A stretch of DNA of 64,000 bases, from positions 800,001 to 864,000 of the forward strand of contig OY762428.1 of assembly GCA_963665665.1 (NCBI GenBank), read 5' to 3'. Origin of the DNA: Candidatus Kapaibacterium sp. (GTDB lineage Bacteria > Bacteroidota > Ignavibacteria > Kapaibacteriales > UBA2268). Numbering within the stretch: position 1 is the stretch's first letter; each line of letters starts with the position of its first letter. The position numbers and the translations under genes were made by a program. Under the pieces are notes generated by a model. It saw only the letters and a program-made list of their open reading frames with translations, was not told the origin of the DNA and searched no databases. Positions 38,872 to 47,424 of the stretch are shown one piece after another.

Positions 38872-39882
38872 ATGAAAATAGCAATAGTAAATGATCTTCG
38901 GCTTGCTGTAGAAGCCCTTAGGAGAGTTGTGGTTTCGATTCCCGGCTACGAAGTTTCATGGATTGCATATAATGGCCGCGAAGCAGTAGAAAAATGCAGG
39001 AAAGAAGTACCTGACCTTATACTGATGGACCTGATTATGCCCGGGATGGACGGCGTTGAAGCAACCTGCAGGATTATGCGGGAAACCCCCTGTGCTATAT
39101 TGATTGTTACGGCAACGGTAAGCGGGAATTCTTCGAAAGTATTTGAAGCTATGGGCTGCGGAGCTCTTGATGCCGTATGTACACCGGTTTTTGATAATGC
39201 CGGCAATCTTGAAGGTGCCAGGGACCTGGTTAAGAAAATTGATACTATTGCACGCCTGATAGGAAAAGATCATGCCGTAAATAGTAATTCTAATATCAGA
39301 ACCGATCCGGTTGAAATTGCCAGGGAAACAAAGCTGGTTGCTATTGCTTCTTCCACCGGCGGGCCCAAAGCTTTGTCTCAGGTATTAATTCCGCTGCCTG
39401 CAAATATTAACACCTCGATAATTATAGTGCAGCATGTTGATTTTCAGTTTGCCGGCGGGCTGGCCGAATGGCTTGATCAACAAACAAAATTGAAAGTTAA
39501 GGTGATAAGGGAAGGATCTCGGCCCGAACCTGATACTGTACTTGTAGCTGAAACAAACGACCATCTTGTTCTGGATAGCGACGGTAGTTTCTACTACACA
39601 CCAGAACCTATTGACTATCCATACAGGCCTTCTGCAAATACTTTTTTCAGAAGCCTTGCCAGGAACTATCCCGGAAAGGGCCTTGCTATGGTGCTGACAG
39701 GTATGGGCAATGACGGTGCAAGCGGTTTGCTTGAACTTAGAAACAAAGGCTGGGAAACAATTGCACAGGATGAAGCAAGCTCGGTGGTTTACGGAATGCC
39801 GAGAGCAGCTATGGATAACGGAGCTGCGAGAAGGGCCGTTAATATCAAAGATATACACAAAGAAATTTTAAGATATATTTAA
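38872..39882 (+). CDS. cheB: CheB methylesterase with REC domain (WspF-like)
   Basis: LMDLIMP; ASSTGGP, VQHVD, TGMGNDG catalytic residues. Confidence 0.93.
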   Translation: MKIAIVNDLRLAVEALRRVVVSIPGYEVSWIAYNGREAVEKCRKEVPDLILMDLIMPGMDGVEATCRIMRETPCAILIVTATVSGNSSKVFEAMGCGALDAVCTPVFDNAGNLEGARDLVKKIDTIARLIGKDHAVNSNSNIRTDPVEIARETKLVAIASSTGGPKALSQVLIPLPANINTSIIIVQHVDFQFAGGLAEWLDQQTKLKVKVIREGSRPEPDTVLVAETNDHLVLDSDGSFYYTPEPIDYPYRPSANTFFRSLARNYPGKGLAMVLTGMGNDGASGLLELRNKGWETIAQDEASSVVYGMPRAAMDNGAARRAVNIKDIHKEILRYI

Positions 39883-39900
39883 TAATTCAGGAAGCTGACT

Positions 39901-41094
39901 ATGACAGAGAACCCGTCTCAGAAAGTTGAACTTGCTAACTATAAAATTAAAGTGTTTTTAGTTGACGACCAGAAAATAGTCGGTGAAACTGTACGCCGAA
40001 TGTTAGAGGCAGAAAGCGATATTGAATTTCATTTTTGTGAAGATCCCACAAAAGCTATTACTACTGCTGCTGAGATAATGCCGACAGTTATACTTCAGGA
40101 CCTTGTTATGCCGGATATTGAAGGTATGACCCTGGTGAAATTCTATCGCGCGCACAAGCAGCTTAAAGACGTTCCTATCATTGTTCTTTCTTCTAAAGAG
40201 GAAGCAATTACAAAAGCTGATGCTTTTGCTGCCGGAGCTAATGATTACTTAGTGAAACTTCCGGATAAAATTGAACTTATTGCCAGAATAAGATATCATT
40301 CCAAAGGTTATATTAACCTGCTGGAAAGAAACGATGCCTATGATGCCCTGGTAAAAAGCCAGAAAGAACTTGCCGCTGAACTTGCAAAAGCCGGTGAATA
40401 CTGTATTTCACTACTGCCAAAAACTATGGAAGACGAAAATGTGAAAACAGACTGGCGGTTTATTCCATCGGAACAACTTGGTGGTGACTCATTCGGTTAT
40501 CACTGGATTGACGAAGACCATTTTGCAATGTATCTTCTTGACGTCTGCGGGCATGGTGTCGGTTCTGCTTTGCTGTCGGTTACAGCACTTCACGCCCTGC
40601 GCTCACAAACCCTTCCGAACGTGGACTTTAAAAATCCCGACGAAGTGGTTTCGGCCATGAACGAAGCTTTCCAGATGTCCGACCACAATGACTTGTATTT
40701 TACTATGTGGTACGGAGTATTCAACAGGCAGACACGCGAGATCAGCTATATAAGCGCAGGCCATCCGCCGTCCTTATTGATTAATTCAAATGGTGATGTC
40801 CAACAGCTTATGAATGATAATTTCATTGTAGGAGGCATGCCGGGGTTTCCCTTTAAATCAACAAAAGCTGTTGTGGATGAAAATTCAAAGCTGTTTATCT
40901 ATTCCGACGGCGTTTATGAAATTGAATTTGATGACGGCAAAATGTGGGAGATGGATGATTATATTGATTTCATGAAAGATAAAGCCGGAAACAGCGAAAC
41001 AGAAATTGATACTCTCCACGAGTACGTAATGAAAATGAATGGTGAAGAAATTCTGGATGATGATTTCTCTATGCTGAAAGTAATATTAAAATAA
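39901..41094 (+). CDS. REC-PP2C/SpoIIE phosphatase (output of the chemosensory cluster)
   Basis: WspR-type REC (VILQDLVMP, GANDYLVKLPD) fused to LGGD, DVCGHG, SAGHPP, YSDG, DDFS. Confidence 0.9.
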   Translation: MTENPSQKVELANYKIKVFLVDDQKIVGETVRRMLEAESDIEFHFCEDPTKAITTAAEIMPTVILQDLVMPDIEGMTLVKFYRAHKQLKDVPIIVLSSKEEAITKADAFAAGANDYLVKLPDKIELIARIRYHSKGYINLLERNDAYDALVKSQKELAAELAKAGEYCISLLPKTMEDENVKTDWRFIPSEQLGGDSFGYHWIDEDHFAMYLLDVCGHGVGSALLSVTALHALRSQTLPNVDFKNPDEVVSAMNEAFQMSDHNDLYFTMWYGVFNRQTREISYISAGHPPSLLINSNGDVQQLMNDNFIVGGMPGFPFKSTKAVVDENSKLFIYSDGVYEIEFDDGKMWEMDDYIDFMKDKAGNSETEIDTLHEYVMKMNGEEILDDDFSMLKVILK

Positions 41095-41174
41095 ATTTGT
41101 TAATTGGCGGAAATTTCTTATAATTTAATAGATACTCTAAAAAGCGAAACTTATCAATCAACCTGGGGAAACTC

Positions 41175-41705
41175 ATGATTAACTATCAAAGTATTGACGA
41201 CCTTGAAAGAGATGAACTTCTGGAATTATTGAAAATTTACGCTAAAAACTGGCTGGCGCACGATGGTTGCTGGTTCCTTTCCATAGAAGAAAAATATGGA
41301 ATGGATATGGCTATTGATATGGACAGGGAAGCCTGGAGAAAATTTACCGTGGTTGAAGCTAAACGAATTAAAAAATTCCTGCAGCTTGGCGATAATTCCG
41401 GACTTAAGGGCCTGGCAAGAGCTTTGGCGTTCAGGCTCTATGCCACCATAAACGAGGATAAAATCGAGATTATCGATGAAAATTCTTTCCGCTATTACGT
41501 TAAAACTTGCAGAGTACAGCAGGCACGACGCAAGAAAGGAATGCCCGACTTCCCATGCAAATCTGTTGGTATTGTTGAATACAGCTATTTTGCGAAAACT
41601 ATTGACGACAGGATCGAAACAAAATGTATGTCCTGCCCACCGGAAATTGCCGACCCCGATTACTATTGTATTTGGGAATTCACGCTTAACAGCCGGCAGG
41701 ATTAA
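41175..41705 (+). CDS. DUF6125-like / V4R-related Cys-containing protein
   Basis: WLAHDGCWF, CRVQQAR..FPCK, CMSCPP..CIWEF. Confidence 0.72.
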   Translation: MINYQSIDDLERDELLELLKIYAKNWLAHDGCWFLSIEEKYGMDMAIDMDREAWRKFTVVEAKRIKKFLQLGDNSGLKGLARALAFRLYATINEDKIEIIDENSFRYYVKTCRVQQARRKKGMPDFPCKSVGIVEYSYFAKTIDDRIETKCMSCPPEIADPDYYCIWEFTLNSRQD

Positions 41706-41783
41706 CAGGGCAAACTGAATTCACAAGTAAGGAAGTATTTTAATCCTGTAAATATCCGACAGCTTTCATACACTTTTTTTACT

Positions 41784-41821
41784 ATCTCCCCTCCCTTGTC
41801 AGGACGGGGAGATTTCTTTTT
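41784..41821 (+). terminator. Intrinsic terminator after the chemosensory cluster
   Basis: ATCTCCCC..GGGGAGAT stem followed by TTCTTTTT. Confidence 0.7.
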
Positions 41822-42194
41822 ATATTTCGCCCTGGCATACTGCTTCCTGCCTTCCTTTATGCAACAGCCGGCAAAATATTTTCTTTCACTGCCGGAAGAA
41901 TGATAGCAGAAGATAAAAGAATCCCCAATCAACCGTGCTGATTCCTGAAGCGGATAATCCCGAAACCATAAGGCACGGGAGCATTTAATATTATAATAGT
42001 TGCAAATTTCTGTAGCTAAGCACTGAAATTTTATTAATTGTTCTGAAACATCAAAGCCACAATTGTAAAAAATATTAATCACAAATCGAAATCCCGGCAC
42101 ATTTTACAATTCCGCTGCTGTTTATAGTACTTTATTTATGTCAAATTACGCATCCTGAACCCAAAGTGGTTGAAATTTTGACCATAAAGATAAT

Positions 42195-42446
42195 TCGGAA
42201 GGTACGGAGGAACGCTCGGAAAGCACGGGGGAACGCTCGGAAGGCATGAGGGAATGCTCGGAAGGCACGGGGAAACGCTCGGAAGGCATGAGGGAACGCT
42301 CGGAAAGCATGAGGGAATGCTCGGAAGGCATGAGGAAACGCTCGGAAAGCACGGGGGAACGCTCGGAAGGCATGAGGGAACACTCGGAAGGCATGAGGGA
42401 ACGCTCGGAAGGCATGAGGAAATGCTCGGAAGGTACGGGGGAACGC
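42195..42446. repeat. 12 x 21-bp tandem repeat (TCGGAAGGCATGAGGGAACGC)
   Basis: Twelve contiguous units counted directly. Confidence 0.95.
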
Positions 42447-42631
42447 TAAGATAGCACACACCAGAGCTCTCCTGAATTATATTGTTGATACGTTAGATAT
42501 GCCTTATGCGAATCTGACATCAAACATTAGATTTCAATCTTATTACAAAATTTTTTCCCACGAAGGGCCTGAATTTTCAAATTAAGCAAGTAACTCAGAA
42601 ATTTGAGTATATAAATATAACTTCCGAATAC

Positions 42632-43237
42632 TTACCCGAATATCATTTCAAAAAAGTGAGGAATAATTTCAGGTACTAATATAGCTGTAACAATTATTCC
42701 ACCCAATGCACCCCACAGATGTGCTTCATGGTTGATAAAATCACGTGATTTCTTAGCAGCGAACCAGCAGTAAACAAGATAAAGAACTGCAAATATCGGA
42801 GCCGGAATACCTATCGGAAACAGAATGAACCCTATCTTTGTTGTCGGGTCAAACAAAATATAACTGAAAAGTACGCCGGAAATTGCCCCTGATGCACCTA
42901 CAGCACGGTAGTAAGGATCATCCTTATGTTTGATAACTGTTGTAACGTCTGCTATTATCATGCTTAGGAAGTAGATCAGGATAAAATTCAATGTTCCGGA
43001 ATAATATTCCAGTTTGAATGCAAAGAAAAGAAATGTGAACATATTAAACATCAGGTGAGCCACATCGGCATGCAGGAAACCGCTGGTTACCATCAGATGG
43101 AACTGGTTCTGATTGGCAACACGCCACGGGCTTAGAAGAAACCTTTCGTAAATATTCCGGTCCTTGTATATTGCGTAAAGGCTTATCCCGACTGTAGCAA
43201 GTAATATTATCAAAGCGGCAGGCGATTCGGTAAACAT
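42632..43237 (-). CDS. Rhomboid family intramembrane serine protease
   Basis: FLHAD..HLMFNM, VGASGA, HEAHLWGA. Confidence 0.93.
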   Translation of the reverse strand: MFTESPAALIILLATVGISLYAIYKDRNIYERFLLSPWRVANQNQFHLMVTSGFLHADVAHLMFNMFTFLFFAFKLEYYSGTLNFILIYFLSMIIADVTTVIKHKDDPYYRAVGASGAISGVLFSYILFDPTTKIGFILFPIGIPAPIFAVLYLVYCWFAAKKSRDFINHEAHLWGALGGIIVTAILVPEIIPHFFEMIFG

Positions 43238-43322
43238 ATTTTATACTCTTTCAAAATTATTATCAGTATGATTTAGAAAAAACGAATATAAAAAAATCAC
43301 AACATAATGCCAAAAATGATAT

Positions 43323-43488
43323 TAATGGTAAATCTCCTTCCGACGAACGGGTTAGGAATGATAATCACCCGGGCCGGCGAGCAGGGAACAGTTAAATCAA
43401 ACTATATGGTAAACCCTTGTGGTGCTCCCCCCCATCTGCTTTCTACCTCAGAAAGACTGCGGAAAAAGCTGACAGGACAGCCCCATTA
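43323..43488 (-). ncRNA. Candidate structured non-coding RNA (unassigned; strand uncertain)
   Basis: GC-rich intergenic island closed by TAATGG/CCATTA with stems CGGGT/ACCCG, GAGCA/TGCTC, CTTTCT/AGAAAG. Confidence 0.45.
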
Positions 43489-43496
43489 GCTAATAA

Positions 43497-44474
43497 TTAA
43501 TTTTTCCTGTTTGCCGCGATAATAACAGCCATTTCAATAGCTTCAGCTGCGCTACGTTCGTCGGCCATATCCTTTCCGGCAATTGCAAATGCAGTGCCAT
43601 GATCCACTGAAGTACGAACAATTGGCAGCCCGGCTGTATAATTTATGCCGGCGCCATCGGCAATCATTTTCAGCGGTATAAGTCCCTGATCGTGGTACAT
43701 AGCAAGTATGGCATCGTAATTTTTGTATTCCCCGTGAGCAAAGAAACCATCCGATGGAAATGGCCCGAAAGCATCAATGCCTGCTTCATTTGCTGCTTTA
43801 ATTGCAGGGCTGATAATTTCAATTTCTTCCTGCCCCATGCTGCCGTTTTCACCGGCATGAGGGTTCAAACCGAGAACAGCTATCCGGGGACTGCTTATTG
43901 CATGGTCATTTATCATACTGCCATTAACCACCATCAGCCTTTCCTCTATAAGCTCTTCATTGATAAGCCCGGGAACAGTGGAAATGGCTGTATGAACTGT
44001 GGCAAGCGCAACCCTTACTTCGCGCGTGCAAAGAATCATTACCTGTTTTTCAACTCCGCAACGGTCTGCAAGCATCTCCGTATGTCCGGGGAATTTCCAT
44101 CCCGCCATGTACAAAGCTTCTTTTGATACGGGCATTGTTACAACAGCATCGTACTTTTTTTCAATTGTTTTCTTAACGGCATATTCTATTGAATCAGCGG
44201 CACATTTTCCGGCATCCCGCCTGTTTTCCCCCAGGTTTATTTCCGAATCCGGGCATACATCAAGGATTTTTATTTCTTTATGATTTATTATCAGCTTTCC
44301 ATCCCTGATAGAAGCATCAAGTTTGCATTTATCAATATAATTAAGCAATACTTTTGAATTTCCAGCAATTTCGAATTCAGCATCCAGATTTCGGATATTA
44401 TCCAGTTGAAAAGCTTTAACAAGTACTTCTATTCCAATACCATTCGGGTCGCCCATTGTCATGATAATCTTCAT
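43497..44474 (-). CDS. pdxA: 4-hydroxythreonine-4-phosphate dehydrogenase
   Basis: TMGDPNGIG, GHTE, GLNPHAGE, MYHDQG, RTSVDHGTA. Confidence 0.95.
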   Translation of the reverse strand: MKIIMTMGDPNGIGIEVLVKAFQLDNIRNLDAEFEIAGNSKVLLNYIDKCKLDASIRDGKLIINHKEIKILDVCPDSEINLGENRRDAGKCAADSIEYAVKKTIEKKYDAVVTMPVSKEALYMAGWKFPGHTEMLADRCGVEKQVMILCTREVRVALATVHTAISTVPGLINEELIEERLMVVNGSMINDHAISSPRIAVLGLNPHAGENGSMGQEEIEIISPAIKAANEAGIDAFGPFPSDGFFAHGEYKNYDAILAMYHDQGLIPLKMIADGAGINYTAGLPIVRTSVDHGTAFAIAGKDMADERSAAEAIEMAVIIAANRKN

Positions 44475-44487
44475 TCTATACTCCTTG

Positions 44488-45750
44488 TCAGCGTTTAATT
44501 TTTTTTGTTCTGTAAATATTCAGCAGCAGGCCTATCATGGCCATATTGGTCATCAGCGATGTACCTCCCGCGCTCATAAATGGCAATGGTATGCCCATAA
44601 CCGGCATAAGCCCTATTGCCATTCCGATATTAATTATTGTATGGTAAAGAAATATAGAAGCAATGCCTATAGCCACAATACTGCTGAACGGATTGTCAGT
44701 CATCTGTGCTGTTTTTACAGCACGAAAGATTAAGCCCATAATAAGGGCGATTACTGCTACACCACCAACAAAACCAAATTCTTCCGTTGGAACTGAATAT
44801 ATAAAGTCAGTCCACTGCTTTGGTATATAGCGAAGCTGAGTCTGAGTGCCGTGCATAAATCCCTTGCCGGTAAGGCCGCCGCTTCCCACTGCCATTTTCG
44901 ACTGGATAACGTTGTAGCCCTTGCCCCGGGGATCGTTATTCGGATCCAGGAATGTAGCTATCCTGTCCTGCTGGTGAGGCTGGAGCGACTGATAGATAAG
45001 AGGAGCACCCGAACCGAGAGCAATAAAAACAATTATAGCACCAACTGTAAGAAGTATCTTTTGGCGAAAGAATATTGCTATGGTAGAAAAAATTACTATT
45101 GCAATAATACCATAAATCTGGTTGAACAGAGAAGCAATCACAATAAAGGGCATTGCCACAATAGAATATATAATAAAAATATTATAACCAGTCCAGAGCA
45201 AAATGCCAAATGTCATTGCCAATAGTACGGTAGCTGAACCGGTATCCGGCTGCAGCATTATCAGAGCTACTGGAAGAAGTACAATCCCTGCAACAACACC
45301 GAAATCCCTGATAGTTCTGATATCCGTACCTTTTCTTCCCATATACTGTGCTACTGCAAGAAGGGTTGTTATTTTTGCCACTTCAGCAGGCTGTATTGAA
45401 AATCCGGCAATACTCAGCCAACCTCTTGTTCCGTAGGTTGATTTACCAATTATCAAAACTAAAACAAGCATAGCAACACCAATAGCGTAAAGGAAAATTG
45501 AATTTCGTTCAATCCACCTTTCCGGAATCAGAAAAATCGTAATCATACCGGCAAGGCCAATTCCTCCGGAAAGTAATTGCCTGTAAAAAGTTCCGCTCAT
45601 TCCGGTATCATAAGCATTGCTGTATGTATATGTTGCGCTGTATATCGATATAAGGCCGAATGCTATCAGAGTAATAGTAAGGAAGAAAGTTATATAATCA
45701 AACGAATCCGTCTGCTTGCTGTCTATCTGAAAAAAAGCGTTGTCCGCCAT
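44488..45750 (-). CDS. rodA: Rod shape-determining SEDS protein RodA
   Basis: IQPAE, QPDTG, GYNVIQSKMAVGSGG, TDFIYS..EEFG, GIPLPFMSAGG. Confidence 0.93.
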   Translation of the reverse strand: MADNAFFQIDSKQTDSFDYITFFLTITLIAFGLISIYSATYTYSNAYDTGMSGTFYRQLLSGGIGLAGMITIFLIPERWIERNSIFLYAIGVAMLVLVLIIGKSTYGTRGWLSIAGFSIQPAEVAKITTLLAVAQYMGRKGTDIRTIRDFGVVAGIVLLPVALIMLQPDTGSATVLLAMTFGILLWTGYNIFIIYSIVAMPFIVIASLFNQIYGIIAIVIFSTIAIFFRQKILLTVGAIIVFIALGSGAPLIYQSLQPHQQDRIATFLDPNNDPRGKGYNVIQSKMAVGSGGLTGKGFMHGTQTQLRYIPKQWTDFIYSVPTEEFGFVGGVAVIALIMGLIFRAVKTAQMTDNPFSSIVAIGIASIFLYHTIINIGMAIGLMPVMGIPLPFMSAGGTSLMTNMAMIGLLLNIYRTKKIKR

Positions 45751-45868
45751 ATTTATCTCCAATTTTTCATAGCAGTTTTTCGATTTGTGTCAAATCAAAA
45801 AAAATAAATTTAGTAAGGAAATAAACAGAAAACAAGAAATAGAAGATATATAAAAAGTTGAAAATAAT

Positions 45869-46071
45869 GTTACTGCTCAGCAAATATAATATTGTTCTGT
45901 TTTTGAAAAGAATAATTGCAAAAATGTCATTCTGAAGGAGCTTGCGACTGAAGAATCCACTTATTTTTAGGATAAAATTATGAAGAATAGACTCTTCACT
46001 TCGTTCAGAGTGACATATTCTTCAATTTTTAACCATAACCAACATATTTTTCCTTTGTGCTGAATAGTTAC
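45869..46071 (-). mobile_element. MITE, copy 2 (IS66-like ends)
   Basis: GTTACTGCTCAGCA..TGCTGAATAGTTAC; 8-bp direct repeat AAAATAAT on both sides; inverted relative to copy 1. Confidence 0.88.
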
Positions 46072-46257
46072 AAAATAATTATATAGTTATATTTACAATA
46101 ATTGATACTTTTTTCGTTATGACAGCTTTTTGTAAGTTTTATAATAATTTTTAAAATTTATAGCGATTTGATTTCTCTTAGTCCGTTACTTTTTTTATAT
46201 TTAAATGTTTATCTGTGTAACAGAAAATTTGGATTAATTGAAAACAATGATTTAACG

Positions 46258-47220
46258 ATGATATTCAGGATTATATATATACTTTCGCTTTTATTATTTC
46301 TGCCTGCCCTGGCAAGCGGAAAGATTGGCTCATCTGACTATCATATAAATCTTGTAAATGTGCCTGAATTGTATCAGCCTTTGAATGGTTCTGCTGATGT
46401 TACTATCAGGCCTGAGTTTAGCTGGATAAAAGAGGACGGGGTTGTTTATCACCTCCAGGTTTCGGAATTTGAAGATTTCAGCGAATTGAACCTGGAAATT
46501 GAAAATCTTGAGGAATCTTTGATTACTCCCGAAACAGTACTTGAACATGACAAAACTTATTACTGGCACGTGCGTTCTTCTGATGGAACCGAGTATTCGG
46601 AATGGTCGGATACCTGGTCGTTCCATACGATTAAAGCAATTCCCGAACCGCCCCAACTCATATATCCGGAAAATGGAGCGAACGAAATTCCCAAAGAGTT
46701 TGCATTCAGATTTAAGCCGGTTGATAATGCCGAAAGTTATATTCTTTATGTATCTACCAACGAAGAAGATTTCGAATCGTTGAGCGATAGTTTGAAAGTA
46801 AGTGCTCTGGGCCATCTTGACTCTATTGAAGGAATAAAGACATATTCTGAAAAAACGGAGTATTTCTGGGCGATGAAAGCTGTTAATTCTGCAGGTTTCA
46901 GTAAACTAAGTGAAATATGGAGTTTTACGACTCAGGAAGCAGTTACAATAATTTATGAAAGCCGGAATGATTTAATTGAGTTGTCAATATTTCCTAATCC
47001 TGCATCGGACTATATTTACATTTCCAAACTCGGTATGAATGAAATATCAGCTTATAATATTTTCAGCTTTGATGGTAGAAATCTTTCTGAATTTGTTCCG
47101 GGTATCAATAACCCTGGTCAAATTATCCTTGATCTGAGAAACATACCATCAGGAAAATATTTTATTAATATTTATATTGATAATTCTATGATTACCAGGG
47201 GTTTTGTAATACAAAGATAA
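46258..47220 (+). CDS. T9SS sorting-domain protein with two Fn3-like domains
   Basis: Signal peptide; YYWHVRS..WSDTWSF and YFWAMKA..SEIWSF; IFPNPASDYIYI CTD. Confidence 0.8.
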   Translation: MIFRIIYILSLLLFLPALASGKIGSSDYHINLVNVPELYQPLNGSADVTIRPEFSWIKEDGVVYHLQVSEFEDFSELNLEIENLEESLITPETVLEHDKTYYWHVRSSDGTEYSEWSDTWSFHTIKAIPEPPQLIYPENGANEIPKEFAFRFKPVDNAESYILYVSTNEEDFESLSDSLKVSALGHLDSIEGIKTYSEKTEYFWAMKAVNSAGFSKLSEIWSFTTQEAVTIIYESRNDLIELSIFPNPASDYIYISKLGMNEISAYNIFSFDGRNLSEFVPGINNPGQIILDLRNIPSGKYFINIYIDNSMITRGFVIQR

Positions 47221-47312
47221 TCACAGACAGGCTTTATGCTTTGGATTCTCCGTTTTGTTCAATTCCTTTAACACTCCAAATAATTATTTATTTCAATTTT
47301 TTTCATAAAAGT

Positions 47313-47338
47313 TGAAACCTTTTTAAACTGATGTCGTA
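47313..47338 (+). promoter_or_regulatory. ECF sigma-type promoter (TGAAAC-N16-CGTA)
   Basis: Exact match to the SigW-type consensus spacing, just upstream of a two-hairpin transcript. Confidence 0.55.
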
Positions 47339-47344
47339 GATTAG

Positions 47345-47424
47345 ACTGTATATACTCCTTCTCGTTACAGTACATACGATTCGAACCGCAAGCTCCCGGC
47401 ACCTGACTTGCGGTTCATTTTTTT
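47345..47424 (+). ncRNA. Candidate ~80-nt sRNA with intrinsic terminator
   Basis: Hairpin ACTGTA/TACAGT with CTCCTTCT loop; stem GAACCGCAAG/CTTGCGGTTC followed by T run. Confidence 0.5.

Noticed and set aside
41702-42100. 132-aa minus-strand ORF
   Set aside because: Atypical composition, spans a terminator, no recognisable motif
42136-42461. Repeat-derived ORFs or CRISPR array
   Set aside because: Contiguous 21-bp units with no unique spacers, and no cas genes
43307-43489. 60-aa ORF, or tRNA/tmRNA/6S identity for the GC-rich island
   Set aside because: ORF is antisense to the operon with no motif; GGGGCTG start and ACCA end are suggestive, but no T-arm/acceptor geometry can be built
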